Shown here one piece after another: positions 31,353 to 43,023 of a stretch of DNA of 64,000 nt (position 1 is the first letter of the stretch; every line of letters begins with the position of its first letter). This DNA is from Candidatus Poribacteria bacterium (lineage in GTDB: Bacteria > Poribacteria > WGA-4E > PCPOR2b). The translations under genes were made by a program, and so were the position numbers. The notes under the pieces were generated by a model that worked only from the letters and a program-made list of their open reading frames with translations, was not told the DNA's origin and searched no databases. The stretch is taken from positions 800,001 through 864,000 of the forward strand of contig OZ244587.1 of NCBI GenBank assembly GCA_965218095.1, read 5' to 3'.

Positions 31353-32849
31353 TCACGGCAAATTCGTCGTCCCCATTAAGTATCGGTCAACTTCACGGGC
31401 GGCACCACGTCCTTCTTTGAAAGCCCAGACAACCAGACTCTGCCCGCACCGCATGTCACCGGCAGCAAATACACCGGGGATGTTGGTCGCATATTTATCT
31501 TCTTCCGCTTTGACATTAGAACGTTCATCACGCCCGACATCAAGTTCATCCAAAATTGTATCTTCAGGACCGAGGAAGCCCATCGCCAAAAGCACTAAAT
31601 CCGCAGGCCAGACTTTCTCCGTGCCTTCGATCGGCTTGGGGAAAGGACGCCCCCCGTCCCCCGGAACCCATTCGACTTCGACGGTATGGAGTGCTTTTAC
31701 GTGGCCATTTTCGTCGCCAACGAATTTCGTGGTGTTGATGAGGTAGATGCGCGGATCGCCCCCAAATTTGGCGGCGACTTCTTCTTGTCCATAGTCAAGT
31801 TGGTAAACCCGTGGATACTCCGGCCACGGGTTATTGGGTGCTCGTTCGTCTGGCGGACGTTCTAGAATCTCAAACTGGGTGAGGCTTTTGCATCCATGGC
31901 GCATGGAGGTCCCCACACAATCGGTGCCTGTATCGCCGCCACCGATAACGATGACGTGTTTGTCTTTAGCCGAAATATAGTTCCCATCTGCATGATTAGA
32001 ATCCAGCAGACTCTTGGTATTCGCGTGAAGGAACGGCACGGCAAAATGGATGCCTTCGAGCTCTCGGCCCTCAATGGGCAGGTCTCTCGCCTTGGTGGCA
32101 CCACCGCAGAGAACGACCGCATCAAATCCGTCACCTAATTCTTTCGCCGAGATATCCTTACCGACTTCGGTATTGGCAATAAAAGTGACCCCCTCCGCTG
32201 CCATCAAATTGATACGGCGTTGGACGACTCTTTTTTTATCCAATTTCATGTTGGGGATGCCATACATCAATAGCCCCCCGATACGGTCGGCACGCTCGTA
32301 AACAGTGACGAGATGCCCGGCCCTGTTAAGTTGTGCAGCGCAGGACAGACCAGCCGGACCAGACCCGATGACCGCAACACGTTTACCCGTGCGTTTGGCT
32401 GGCGGCTCAGGAACGACCCAACCTTCCTCCCACCCCTTATCGATGATTGAAACTTCGATGTTTTTAATCGTAACAGGCGGGTCAATTATCCCCAGAACAC
32501 ACGCCCCCTCACAGGGTGCCGGACACACCCGCCCCGTGAACTCAGGAAAGTTATTGGTTTTATGCAGGCGTTCTAACGCCTCTTTCCACAAACCCCGATA
32601 GACGAGATCGTTCCATTCCGGTATCAGGTTGTTGATTGGACAACCTGATGCAGCCGGGCTATTTTCCGGCAATCGCATCCCCGTATGACAGAACGGGATG
32701 CCGCAATCCATGCAACGGGCCCCTTGCGTCTGAAGCTTCTCTACAGTAAAATGTTCGTGGAATTCGTTCCAGTCTTTGATACGCTCTAATGGTGAACGAT
32801 CGGGCGGAAGTTCTCTATCATACTCCATAAATCCGGTTGGTTTTGCCAT
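31353..32849 (-). CDS. gltD: Glutamate synthase small subunit
   Basis: [35 protein letters not shown]. Confidence 0.97.
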   Translation of the reverse strand: MAKPTGFMEYDRELPPDRSPLERIKDWNEFHEHFTVEKLQTQGARCMDCGIPFCHTGMRLPENSPAASGCPINNLIPEWNDLVYRGLWKEALERLHKTNNFPEFTGRVCPAPCEGACVLGIIDPPVTIKNIEVSIIDKGWEEGWVVPEPPAKRTGKRVAVIGSGPAGLSCAAQLNRAGHLVTVYERADRIGGLLMYGIPNMKLDKKRVVQRRINLMAAEGVTFIANTEVGKDISAKELGDGFDAVVLCGGATKARDLPIEGRELEGIHFAVPFLHANTKSLLDSNHADGNYISAKDKHVIVIGGGDTGTDCVGTSMRHGCKSLTQFEILERPPDERAPNNPWPEYPRVYQLDYGQEEVAAKFGGDPRIYLINTTKFVGDENGHVKALHTVEVEWVPGDGGRPFPKPIEGTEKVWPADLVLLAMGFLGPEDTILDELDVGRDERSNVKAEEDKYATNIPGVFAAGDMRCGQSLVVWAFKEGRGAAREVDRYLMGTTNLP

Positions 32850-32874
32850 GCTATCTCCTTATAATCGTAGCTTT

Positions 32875-35800
32875 CTAAGCTGCCGCCTCAGCAGCGACGC
32901 CGCGCCGAAATGCTTCTAGCCAAGCGTCTTCCCCTTCTAGCCCGTCTGCTTGAGCTTCCTCAAAGGCATTGAGGATCCTTTTGTAGCCTTGCGGCATAAC
33001 CTTGACGAATTGCGTTACCATTTTCTCCCAGTCCGCCAAAATTTCCAACGCAAGCGTGCTCCGGGTATACTCGGCGTGCCTATGAATCATCCCCTTGATT
33101 TCCGAAATCTCTGCCGCATCCTCCAGGCGTTCAAGGTCGCACTGTTCCTGATTACAGCGAATATGGAAATCACCATCGCAGTCAAGTACATACGCGATTC
33201 CACCGGACATCCCACCGGCGAAGTTGCGTCCCGTTTTGCCGAGAACAACGACTCTGCCGCCCGTCATATACTCGCATCCGTGGTCACCCACGGCTTCAAC
33301 GACAGCAAGGAGCCCACTGTTCCGCACGCAGAATCGCTCACCAGCCATGCCACGGATATAGGCTTCACCGTTGGTTGCTCCATAGAAAGCGACGTTGCCG
33401 ATAATGATATTTTCTGCGGGCTTGAATGTGGAGGCTTCGGGAGGATAAACAATCAACTTGCTGCCGCAGAGCCCTTTGCCGAAATAATCATTCGCGTCGC
33501 CTTCAAGGCGAAACGTGATGCCAGCAGGCGTAAAAGCGGCAAAGGATTGGCCCGCAGATCCTTCAAAATGAATATCAATGGTATCTTCAGGCAGCCCTTC
33601 GGGGCCATAACGTCGGGTCAGCTCGCTGCCTAAAATTGTACCGACAACCCGATTTGTATTCTTAATCGGTAAAGTCCCCGTAACTTTTGTCCCATCCCGT
33701 AAAGCAGGCTCACAAAGATCTAAAAGGACTTCGTTATCCATAGCCTTTTCCAAACCGTGGTCTTGATCAATTTGGCGATAGCGACCAATTTCCGGTCCAA
33801 CTTGAGGCTGGTAGAGAACCGGCGAAAGATCGATTCCTTTTGCTTTCCAGTGGTCAACTGCCTTTTTCGGCTCAAGTAAGTCGGTGCAACCCACAAGTTC
33901 GTTGACCGTGCGAACCCCCAACTGCGCCATGATTTCACGCATGTCCTGTGCAATGAAACGCATGAAATTCACTACGTGGGAAGGGGCTCCCATGAATTTC
34001 TTGCGCAGTTCTGGGTTTTGAGTCGCTACACCCACCGGGCAGGTATCCAGATGGCACACACGCATCATAATGCAGCCGAGCGTCACCAGCGCCGTAGTCG
34101 CAAAACCGAATTCTTCGGCACCCAACAGCGCAGCAATAACAACATCTCGACCGGTTTTAAGTTGACCATCCGTTTCCACGATAATACGAGAACGCAGATT
34201 ATTCAACACTAAGGTCTGATGCGTTTCCGCCACCCCAAGCTCCCAAGGCAAGCCAGCGTGTTTAATGCTGGTCTGCGGCGAAGCCCCGGTGCCGCCATCA
34301 AGCCCGCTGATCAGCACGACATCCGCGTGTCCTTTTGCCACGCCAGCGGCGATGGTACCAACGCCGACTTCGGATACCAGTTTGACGTTAATCCGCGCAT
34401 GGTGATTCGAGTTTTTCAGATCATGGATGAGTTGGGCGAGGTCTTCAATCGAATAGATGTCGTGGTGCGGCGGCGGCGAAATGAGCTCAACCCCCGGCGT
34501 CGAGTGACGCACCGTGGCGATCCACGGGTAGACTTTTCGTCCGGGCAACTCACCGCCTTCACCGGGCTTGGCGCCTTGCGCCATTTTAATCTGAAGTTCC
34601 TTCGCATTCACTAGGTAGTTGCTGGTTACGCCGAATCTACCGGAGGCGACCTGTTTAATCGCGCTGTTTTTAGAGTCGCCGTTGGGTTCGAGAAAATACC
34701 GCGCCGGATCTTCTCCTCCTTCACCGGTATTACTCTTTCCACCTATACGATTCATCGCGATCGCCAGTGCTTCGTGTGCCTCCTTGCTGATGGAGCCGTA
34801 AGACATGGCACCGCTCTTGAAACGCTTGCAGATTTCTTCAACGGGTTCTACCTCGTCGATCGGAATCGGTTCATCAGGGAACTTCAATTCTAGGAGTCCG
34901 CGTAGGGTCGCCATATTCCGAGAATAGTTATTGATTAACTCCGCGTAGTCTTTATAGACCTCATAGTTATTGGCACGGGCGGCCAATTGCAACTTATGAA
35001 TCGTGGCCGGATTGAACAGATGATATTCGCCATCCTGTCGCCACTGAAAATGCCCACCGACGTCCAAAGTACGATTATCAACCGGAATTTCCGGGAAGGC
35101 TGCGTGATAACGCATCAGGGCTTCGCGAGCAATAATCTCAAGTCCAATCCCTTCCACGCGAGTATCCGTCCAGGTAAAATAACGGTCAACAACCTCTTGC
35201 TTGATGCCGATAGCTTCAAAGATCTGCGCCCCTCGATACGACTTGATGGTTGAAATTCCCATCTTCGCCATGACCTTGACCACACCTTTGGTCACTGATT
35301 TGATGTATCCCTTGACGGCGTCTTGATACCCAATATCCGTCAGTTGCCCTTCGGCGAGCATGTCCGCTAGGCTTTCAAATGCCATGTAAGGATTAACCGC
35401 TTGGACACCATACCCGATCAGCAGACAGAAGTGATGAACTTCCCGAGGTTCACCCGATTCAAGTGCGATACCGACTTTCGCGCGCGTGCCACCCCGAATC
35501 AGATGGTGGTGGAGGCCTGCGACAGCCAGCAGCGCGGGAATAGGTGCGGCCCCTTTGTCAACGCCGCGGTCAGACAAGATGAGAATGGTAAAGCCCTCTT
35601 CGATCGCGCGATCGGCGGCCTCAAAGAGCCCATCCATCGCTGTTTCAAGTCCGCCCTCTCCATCAGCGACGTTAAATAGGATTGGAAGGGTAGTGGATTT
35701 GAACCCCGGTTGATCGACCTGACGCAACTGCTCTAACTCCTCGTCTGAAATAATTGGAGTATCGAGGCGAATCTGACGACAATTCTCCGGCTCCGGCACG

Positions 35801-37470
35801 AGCAGGTTCCGCTCGGGGCCAATTGTTGTTTCAGATGAAGTGATGATTTCTTCCTTGAGCGGATCCAGCGGCGGATTGGTCACTTGCGCGAATAGCTGTT
35901 TGAAATAGTTGTAAAGTAGCTGCGGTCGGTTAGAGAGTACCGCCAAAGAGGCATCATTCCCCATCGAGCCAACAGGGTCACGACCGATTTTCGACATCGG
36001 GCCAAGGAAAATGCGCTGATCTTCAAATGTATACCCGAAAGTCTGTTGGCGTTGTAAAATTTTGTCGTGGTCTGTTTCGGGGGCCTTCGGTTCAACCGCC
36101 GGCAGGTCTTTCAATGAAATTAGGTGCTCATCTAGCCACTGGCGATACAGATGCTCAGAAGCAATTTTAGCCTTCGCTTCTTCATCGCTGATGATGCGTC
36201 CCTCGCTCGTATCAATCAGAAGAATCCGACCCGGTTGGAGACGCCCCTTGTAGGCAACCCGCTCGGGGGGTATGTCCAGCACCCCGGTTTCCGAAGCCAG
36301 CACGAGCAGGTCATCTTTCGTGATGTAATAACGGGAGGGGCGGAAACCGTTACGGTCTAGAGAAGCACCAACAACCGTACCATCGGTAAAAGCGATGGAG
36401 GCAGGACCATCCCAAGGCTCCATTAAACAACTATGATATTCATAAAATGCGCGTTTCTCAGCACTCATGCTCTCGTGGTTTTCCCACGGTTCCGGAATCA
36501 TCATCATCACCGAGTGGGGCAGCGACCTGCCAGAGAGTGCAAGAAATTCCAGACAGTTATCGAAAATAGCGGTATCGCTGCCATCCTCGTCAAGGATGGG
36601 GAAAAGTTTCGGTAAGTCATCACCAAACAACTCAGATGCCAGCATCGCCTGCCGCGTTTTCATCCAGTTCTGGTTCCCGCGCACGGTATTGATTTCACCG
36701 TTATGAATCATATATCGGTACGGATGCGACCGTGCCCAACTCGGGAAAGTGTTCGTCGAAAATCGGGAATGAATCAGGACAATCGCCGCTTCCATCCGAG
36801 GGGCTTTCAGATCGGGGTAGAATTCGGGGACCTGCATCGGCGTGAGCATCCCCTTATAGACGATAGTTCGGCTAGATAGGCTCGGAATGTAGAAATCTTT
36901 ATCCATCCCGCCGTATCGGATGATATTGGAGGCGCGCTTCCGAATCACATACAACTTGCGCTCAAAGGCGAGGTCATTTTGGATATTGGGGCTTCTGCCG
37001 ATAAAGATCTGCCATACAAGAGGCTCGGAAGAGCGGGAAATCGGTCCTAAATAGAAATTATCAGTAGGGACTTTCCGCCAACCTAAAACCGTTTGTTCTT
37101 CTTCAGTAACAATTTCTTCAAGCTTCCGCTGACAGCGGTGACGTAGTTCACGGTCCTCGGCATCGGTGAAAAACACCATACCAACGCCATAGTGCTTTGG
37201 ATTGGGTAGATCAATTCCCACGCTTTCGCAGGCGTGCTGTAGGAATTTGTGCGGGACTTGCATGAGAACGCCCGCTCCGTCGCCGGTGTTTTCTTCGGCA
37301 CCGCGGGCCCCCCGATGGTCAAGACAAGTCAGCGCATCTAGTGCCTGACGCACGAGCACATTGGATTTTTCACCTTTGATGTTGACGATAAAACCAATCC
37401 CACAAGCATCATGTTCGTAAGCGGGATTATAAAGTCCTTGCTTCTGCGGAATACCTATCTTTCCTTTCAT
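32875..37470 (-). CDS. gltB: Glutamate synthase large subunit
   Basis: [31 protein letters not shown]-terminal domain; 1531 aa. Confidence 0.98.
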   Translation of the reverse strand: MKGKIGIPQKQGLYNPAYEHDACGIGFIVNIKGEKSNVLVRQALDALTCLDHRGARGAEENTGDGAGVLMQVPHKFLQHACESVGIDLPNPKHYGVGMVFFTDAEDRELRHRCQRKLEEIVTEEEQTVLGWRKVPTDNFYLGPISRSSEPLVWQIFIGRSPNIQNDLAFERKLYVIRKRASNIIRYGGMDKDFYIPSLSSRTIVYKGMLTPMQVPEFYPDLKAPRMEAAIVLIHSRFSTNTFPSWARSHPYRYMIHNGEINTVRGNQNWMKTRQAMLASELFGDDLPKLFPILDEDGSDTAIFDNCLEFLALSGRSLPHSVMMMIPEPWENHESMSAEKRAFYEYHSCLMEPWDGPASIAFTDGTVVGASLDRNGFRPSRYYITKDDLLVLASETGVLDIPPERVAYKGRLQPGRILLIDTSEGRIISDEEAKAKIASEHLYRQWLDEHLISLKDLPAVEPKAPETDHDKILQRQQTFGYTFEDQRIFLGPMSKIGRDPVGSMGNDASLAVLSNRPQLLYNYFKQLFAQVTNPPLDPLKEEIITSSETTIGPERNLLVPEPENCRQIRLDTPIISDEELEQLRQVDQPGFKSTTLPILFNVADGEGGLETAMDGLFEAADRAIEEGFTILILSDRGVDKGAAPIPALLAVAGLHHHLIRGGTRAKVGIALESGEPREVHHFCLLIGYGVQAVNPYMAFESLADMLAEGQLTDIGYQDAVKGYIKSVTKGVVKVMAKMGISTIKSYRGAQIFEAIGIKQEVVDRYFTWTDTRVEGIGLEIIAREALMRYHAAFPEIPVDNRTLDVGGHFQWRQDGEYHLFNPATIHKLQLAARANNYEVYKDYAELINNYSRNMATLRGLLELKFPDEPIPIDEVEPVEEICKRFKSGAMSYGSISKEAHEALAIAMNRIGGKSNTGEGGEDPARYFLEPNGDSKNSAIKQVASGRFGVTSNYLVNAKELQIKMAQGAKPGEGGELPGRKVYPWIATVRHSTPGVELISPPPHHDIYSIEDLAQLIHDLKNSNHHARINVKLVSEVGVGTIAAGVAKGHADVVLISGLDGGTGASPQTSIKHAGLPWELGVAETHQTLVLNNLRSRIIVETDGQLKTGRDVVIAALLGAEEFGFATTALVTLGCIMMRVCHLDTCPVGVATQNPELRKKFMGAPSHVVNFMRFIAQDMREIMAQLGVRTVNELVGCTDLLEPKKAVDHWKAKGIDLSPVLYQPQVGPEIGRYRQIDQDHGLEKAMDNEVLLDLCEPALRDGTKVTGTLPIKNTNRVVGTILGSELTRRYGPEGLPEDTIDIHFEGSAGQSFAAFTPAGITFRLEGDANDYFGKGLCGSKLIVYPPEASTFKPAENIIIGNVAFYGATNGEAYIRGMAGERFCVRNSGLLAVVEAVGDHGCEYMTGGRVVVLGKTGRNFAGGMSGGIAYVLDCDGDFHIRCNQEQCDLERLEDAAEISEIKGMIHRHAEYTRSTLALEILADWEKMVTQFVKVMPQGYKRILNAFEEAQADGLEGEDAWLEAFRRGVAAEAAA

Positions 37471-37920
37471 ATCAGCCTCTCTTGTTCAACTTCGTTCCGA
37501 AAAACCTGTATCTATTTGCGACTTCTGCTGCGGTCTGTGTTATCTTATCTGTGACTTCCTTTCCGCCCTGATAGAAATCTGACCATACTTCCTCGAATCA
37601 ATGACAAACGCTTTGCCAGAAGGGATCGGCAGACACGAGGAATGTCCACCCAATAGTCCGAAACCTAACGATTACTTGCTGAAACAGTTAGGTAAGATGA
37701 AGGTTCAGGAAGGAAAATCATTTCGTGGGGATCTGTTACGCTCGCTTCGAGAACACTGCATTCGATAAAAAATTGTGGCGAATAGACTTGTAATAATACA
37801 TCACATAAATTGCCCATGTCAAGAAAATTTCCTTGTCATCTATCCAAACGATTTTGGTTGACAATCCCACTGCAAATTTGCATAATAAAAATGCTAAACA
37901 CGAGATGGAGGGAGAAGCCA

Positions 37921-38646
37921 ATGATCAACCTGAGTGTGAATGTCAATAAAGTGGCAACGTTAAGAAACTCCAGAGGCAAAGATGTCCCAAATGTCATCCA
38001 AGCGGTACAAACCTGCATCAATGCGGGCGCGCAGGGGATTACTGTGCACCCGCGAGAAGATCAACGACACATCAAACTTCACGATGTTTATGGGATCGCT
38101 GAGATGGTCACGGTTGAATATAATATTGAGGGCGATCCGCGACCAGATCTGTTGGATATGGTAATAGAGGTACGCCCTAACCAATGCACCCTCGTGCCCG
38201 TTACCCCAGGCGAAGTTACGAGCGATCATGGCTGGAATCTCACGAAGGAAGGTGAAAGGGTCAGACCGGTCATTCAACGCCTCAAAGATGCCGGAATTCG
38301 GGTTAGCCTGTTCAGCGGAACAGAGCTTCATCAACTCGAATTGGCGAAGGAGGTTGGTGCGGATCGGGTTGAGTTTTACACCGCCCCTTATGCGTGGGCA
38401 AAAACGGAGCAGGAAATTGCGCGTGAATTTGGCTTGCTTGTTAAAGCCGCTGAAAAGGCGGTCAGTCTGCGACTCGGCGTGAATGCGGGGCATGATCTTA
38501 ATCTGGAAAATCTGCCATGCATGTGGAATCTACCCGGCTTACTCGAGGTTTCTATTGGTCATCACCTGATCTCTCATGCGCTTTATGTCGGACTTGAGCA
38601 ATCGGTTAAGGACTACCGAGCAGCATTGGGGCAGGAGGTGGAGTGA
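37921..38646 (+). CDS. pdxJ: Pyridoxine 5'-phosphate synthase
   Basis: LSVNVNKVATLRNSRG, TVHPREDQRHI, NAGHDL, EVSIGH. Confidence 0.96.
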   Translation: MINLSVNVNKVATLRNSRGKDVPNVIQAVQTCINAGAQGITVHPREDQRHIKLHDVYGIAEMVTVEYNIEGDPRPDLLDMVIEVRPNQCTLVPVTPGEVTSDHGWNLTKEGERVRPVIQRLKDAGIRVSLFSGTELHQLELAKEVGADRVEFYTAPYAWAKTEQEIAREFGLLVKAAEKAVSLRLGVNAGHDLNLENLPCMWNLPGLLEVSIGHHLISHALYVGLEQSVKDYRAALGQEVE

Positions 38647-38889
38647 TGCGTCACTAAATTGTGTTCCAATTGAGCCCATAAGCCCATCTTCGTTAATTCG
38701 CTGATTCGCCGAAAGCTGTCTAACCCAAATGCAACGATAGTGAGAGAAAATAGGAGAGGCAAGTCAGAGGAGGCACTAGCAGCAAAGCACGGTCACGTCA
38801 GCTTGAGAAGGCGGGTGGGCATAGGCATGGAGAGAATCGTGAGCACGGCGTAAGCAAGAGAACCAACAAAAATTCGTTTGGGGGCATAG

Positions 38890-39537
38890 ATGCATTCATG
38901 CGCAATTTTCGATCTTGATGGGACAATCATCGATCATTCGTCTGAAAGGGTTTTCCTAAAATATCTATTTGAACAGGGGGAGATTCCATTTCGCAACCTG
39001 TCCCAATGGTTCTTCGATTTTATTAAGACTCAAGATCTCCGTCAAGCCAAAGCAAACAAAGTCTATCTACGAGGGCTGAACTACCAGCACATCTGTAACT
39101 TAGCGCAGATCTGCTTTACGGAACGTCTCATGAATCGGATCTCTCCCAAAGTTTTCGACCTCATCGAATTTCACCGCGCTAATGGACGGACAATTGTTAT
39201 CTTATCGGGGTCGCTAGAATTATTAGTTAAGCTTTTCCACGAGCGCCTGGAAGCAGATCTGATGATTGGATACACCCTGGAAGTCGTTGATGGAGGAATC
39301 ACGGGGTGTCGTGTGGGCTTAAATCCCTATGGCGAGAATAAGGCAAATTTGGTCCAGCATCTTGCCCAAACACACGGTTTTGATCTCAGCCAATCCTATG
39401 CTTATGGAAACCACCATTCGGACGCACACAAGCTCAAGCTGGTTGGACACCCCTTCGCCGTCAACCCCAATCGGAAATTGCACCAAATCGCTGCTGCCAA
39501 CGGTTGGCAGATTGAACAGTTTCATATGGATAAATAA
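38890..39537 (+). CDS. HAD-IB family hydrolase
   Basis: FDLDGT, LSGS, YAYGN..SD, VNP. Confidence 0.88.
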   Translation: MHSCAIFDLDGTIIDHSSERVFLKYLFEQGEIPFRNLSQWFFDFIKTQDLRQAKANKVYLRGLNYQHICNLAQICFTERLMNRISPKVFDLIEFHRANGRTIVILSGSLELLVKLFHERLEADLMIGYTLEVVDGGITGCRVGLNPYGENKANLVQHLAQTHGFDLSQSYAYGNHHSDAHKLKLVGHPFAVNPNRKLHQIAAANGWQIEQFHMDK

Positions 39538-39587
39538 CGGGACGGGTGAATCAGAGCAATGGGTCACGTTTCACGCATCACGAAAAA

Positions 39588-40292
39588 ATGCGCCTCGAAA
39601 AATTCCTTGCTGAATCCGGTATTGCTTCTCGACGGGACACCAAAAGACACATCCACGCCGGCCGAGTCACAGTCAACGGCAAGCGGGTGTTTATCCCCGG
39701 CACCCCCATCGATCCACAGCAGGATGACATTAAATTTGATAGCAAACAGATACCTGGGAAACCGAAGAAGATTTACCTAATGCTAAACAAACCGGCGGGA
39801 TACCTTACCACGGTGCGTGATGATCGGGGGCGTACGACGGTCATGGATCTGGTACGCGACATTCCTAAACGCATCTATCCGGTCGGACGGCTGGATGTCA
39901 ATACGGAAGGGCTTCTGCTGATGACGAACGATGGCGTGTTCACACATCGAATCATCCACCCGAATCACGAGATCAAGAAAACATACATTGCATGGGTAGA
40001 AGGACGTCCAGGTCAGCGGGCGATTCGGCAACTGCGAGAAGGGGTAGAAATTAAGGGTGGGTTAACTGCTCCAGCAGTGGTGATTCAAATTGGGCGAAAA
40101 AAAGGGTTGACCCAATTCGAGCTCATCATCCACGAGGGAAAGAAGCGGCAGATTCGGCGCATGTTCCACGCCGTGGGGCATAAAGTGGTATACCTCAAAC
40201 GGGTTCAGATTGGATCCCTTTCACTTGGCAAGCTCCCGATTGGGAAGTATCGTCTGTTGACGGCGGCTGAAGTCGAGGGTTTACGAAACTAA
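39588..40292 (+). CDS. rRNA pseudouridine synthase (RsuA/RluB family)
   Basis: S4 domain, NKPAG, GRLD, EGKKRQIRRM. Confidence 0.93.
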   Translation: MRLEKFLAESGIASRRDTKRHIHAGRVTVNGKRVFIPGTPIDPQQDDIKFDSKQIPGKPKKIYLMLNKPAGYLTTVRDDRGRTTVMDLVRDIPKRIYPVGRLDVNTEGLLLMTNDGVFTHRIIHPNHEIKKTYIAWVEGRPGQRAIRQLREGVEIKGGLTAPAVVIQIGRKKGLTQFELIIHEGKKRQIRRMFHAVGHKVVYLKRVQIGSLSLGKLPIGKYRLLTAAEVEGLRN

Positions 40293-40326
40293 AAAAGCCC
40301 ATATCGCAAAGGATATGGGCTTTTTT
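40291..40326. terminator. Bidirectional intrinsic terminator
   Basis: AAAAAAGCCCATATC-GCAAAG-GATATGGGCTTTTTT between convergent genes. Confidence 0.9.
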
Positions 40327-40345
40327 ATGAGCGAGTCTAAGACGA

Positions 40346-41245
40346 CTACTCCATCTCGCTTTTGACACGTTGTAGCATAAGCATAGCCTGCTTTCGGATG
40401 TCATCATCTTTGGCATTACTTAACATCTCAAGCGTTGCAATTGCCAATTGGGACTTACCTTGGATCGCGTAAGTAACTCCTAAATAATACTGCGCGGGTT
40501 CATAGGACTCGCTGTCGGAATATTTGTCGATGACGATTTGGAAATGCTTTTCAGCTTTTTGGAAATAGTCTTTCTCATTTTCGCCGGCAGCGTTCTGCCC
40601 GTACTGGAGTCCCAAATTCACATACAATTCCGGCAACAGTCCGGTTTTGTTATTCGGGTCGTGTTTCACCACTGTATCGAATAGGGGCTTTCCTTTTTCA
40701 AGTTTGCCTCGCTTGATGTAAATCAGTGCAAGTCCGGCGGTAGCCTTTAGATCGTTCGTATCCCTCTGGACCGCTTCCTTCAGCTTCTTAAATTCCTCTT
40801 CATCTTTGAGGGCGCTTTCCATCAATGTGGTAAATTCTTGGGGTGGCCGATAACCGGGATTGAGGCTTATGAAATCCCCCTCGGCACTGAGGAATACAAC
40901 TGCCGGATATCCGGTAACGCCGTATTTTCTCTGGGCATCAGCGTTTTCCGGGCGGTCTGTATCTTCAGGATTGACCTTGAGGTTGACAAACTTCTTTGAA
41001 AGCTCAATGATTTTTGAATCCGTAAATGTTTCGGCATCCAGCCGCTTACACCAGCCTCACCAATCGGTGTAGAAGTCCATCATGACTGGCTTGCCTGTTT
41101 TTTGGGCTTCTGCCAACCCTTTCTCGATTGACTCCTCCCACTGAATCTTTCCTGTTGCCAGTGCTGCCGGACTTGCAACAACAGCCAGTAACAGGGTGGC
41201 AAGCACGATGCGCCATCTTTGTCTCCAAACAGAATTTAACATCAT
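40346..41245 (-). CDS. Exported thioredoxin-fold + TPR protein with in-frame TGA (probable selenocysteine, UxxC)
   Basis: Signal peptide, KPVMMDFYTDW-TGA-GWCKRL...YGVTGYPAVVFL; open frame continues into TPR helices; 299 aa if read through. Confidence 0.8.
41025..41052 (-). promoter_or_regulatory. Candidate bacterial SECIS hairpin
   Basis: After UGA: GGUGU-AAG-CGGC-UGGAU-GCCG-AA-ACAUU; apical loop starts after a 16-nt spacer, G at loop position 2. Confidence 0.6.
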
Positions 41246-41369
41246 TTTTCTCCTTTGAAGGAAGTTTTTTCTCCTTTGAAGGAAGTTGGGGATAGAAACT
41301 AAAGACCTAAATAAATCCGTCAATACTCTAGACGAATCGATCCGAAAAAAGTGTAATTTTGATTCCAAG

Positions 41370-41585
41370 TTAGCCTCCAGACGTCGGCTGGTCAGCAGCA
41401 GATTCTGCTTGCATCTGTTCAAGGGCTGAAGCACTAATTGTTTTGCTGCTCAATGTTGTCCGACACTTCTGGCAGGTCGTCACCAGTTTCACTAGATTGC
41501 TCCGCCTGCCGAGTTTGTTCTGCTTCTGTTCCGTTTCGACGTAACGCTTGCAGCGAGGGCACCACTGCTGTTGGGGTGTCAACAT
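41370..41585 (-). CDS. Small zinc-ribbon protein
   Basis: CPRC...CQKC, AAGGAGG RBS; 71 aa. Confidence 0.65.
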   Translation of the reverse strand: MLTPQQQWCPRCKRYVETEQKQNKLGRRSNLVKLVTTCQKCRTTLSSKTISASALEQMQAESAADQPTSGG

Positions 41586-41637
41586 TTTGTATCCCTCCTT
41601 CTTCACTTCACACCTGTTGATGATGTAAAGTTTCAAT

Positions 41638-43023
41638 TTACTTACCAATACAGAATTGGGAGAAGATTCTGCCCAGAATGTCCTCGGTCGTTGTCTTGCC
41701 AACAATTTCACCGAGGCAATCTAGACTGCTGCGCAGATCGACCGCAACGAGATCTAGAGGCATTTCCTGGGTGAAGCTTTCTATCGCATGCCCAAGAGCA
41801 AGCCCGGCTCGACGCAGCGCGTCATGGTGACGAAGGTTCGTGACAATCGGAGAATCACCCAAAATGACGTCCCCTTCAAGTACCTCCTGGAGCACTGCTG
41901 ATTTCAGATCTTCAATTCCTTTCACATAAAGCAGTGAGGTCTGAACGATCGGTCTCTGAGGGGCGCAGGTATGCAGATCCGCTGGAGTCATTATAACGGG
42001 CAAATCAATCTTGTTTAGAATAAGAATTGATTGACGGTCTTTCGCCGCATCCAGTAGTTCTCGATCTTCCGCCGTTAAAGGCTGAGATGCATCAAACACC
42101 ATTAAAAGCAGGTCGGCGCGGTCGAAATAGGCTTTACTCCGCGCTACCCCTTGCTGTTCGACAACATTGGTTGTTTGGTGTATCCCGGCGGTGTCGATCA
42201 GCTTGAGCGGAATGCCGCGAAGGTTCAAGGGTTCTTCGATTGTATCTCGTGTCGTGCCGGGTATCTCCGTGACAATTGCCCGGTCCTCCTGCAACAAGGT
42301 ATTTAGCAAGCTCGATTTACCGACGTTTGGCTTTCCAAGGATTGCGATGTTGATGCCTTCCCGCAGGAGTTTGCCGTCCGATGCCGTCGCGATCAATCCA
42401 TTCAGGTCATCAAGGACGTCTTGCGCGGTTTGCTTCATCGTGGTTAAATCCATGAAATCGAGCTCTTCTTCAGGAAAATCGATGGAGACTTCGATTTCTG
42501 CAAGTAGATCCGCCAGCCGATCGCTGAGATCGTTGACCACTTGCGATAACCTGCCTGCTAACTGATCTATTGCTACTTGACGGCTGAGGTCTGTCTTTGA
42601 TCGGATTAGATCGACGACCGCTTCTGCCTGTGCGAGGTCTAGCCGTCCGTTGAGAAAGGCACGTTTGGTAAATTCCCCCGGCTCCGCAAGACGCGCCCCA
42701 GCTTGTAATGTTAATTCGAGGACGCGCCTGAGTGGTACAATGCCGGCGTGGCAGTTAAATTCAACGACATCCTCCGCCGTATACGATTTTGGCGCACGCA
42801 TGATACCGAGCATTACTTCATCGATAACCACTCCTGATAATGGATGGACGACGTGTCCGTAATTCAGCGTATGGGTCGGCAATTCAGTCGGAGAAATGCA
42901 GCGAGGCGAACGAAAGATCTGACAGGCAATGGGAATCGTAAGGTTTCCACTCACTCGGACGATGCCGATGCCGCCTTCGCCGCGTGGTGTTGCGATTGCT
43001 GCAATCGTATCCCATTTAATCAT
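41638..43023 (-). CDS. mnmE: tRNA modification GTPase MnmE
   Basis: DTIAAIATP, GKPNVGKSS, GTTRD, DTAG, FCIGK. Confidence 0.97.
   Translation of the reverse strand: MIKWDTIAAIATPRGEGGIGIVRVSGNLTIPIACQIFRSPRCISPTELPTHTLNYGHVVHPLSGVVIDEVMLGIMRAPKSYTAEDVVEFNCHAGIVPLRRVLELTLQAGARLAEPGEFTKRAFLNGRLDLAQAEAVVDLIRSKTDLSRQVAIDQLAGRLSQVVNDLSDRLADLLAEIEVSIDFPEEELDFMDLTTMKQTAQDVLDDLNGLIATASDGKLLREGINIAILGKPNVGKSSLLNTLLQEDRAIVTEIPGTTRDTIEEPLNLRGIPLKLIDTAGIHQTTNVVEQQGVARSKAYFDRADLLLMVFDASQPLTAEDRELLDAAKDRQSILILNKIDLPVIMTPADLHTCAPQRPIVQTSLLYVKGIEDLKSAVLQEVLEGDVILGDSPIVTNLRHHDALRRAGLALGHAIESFTQEMPLDLVAVDLRSSLDCLGEIVGKTTTEDILGRIFSQFCIGK

Noticed and set aside
38650-38889. 240-bp purine-rich spacer as a possible ncRNA
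   Set aside because: No recognisable motif or convincing structure
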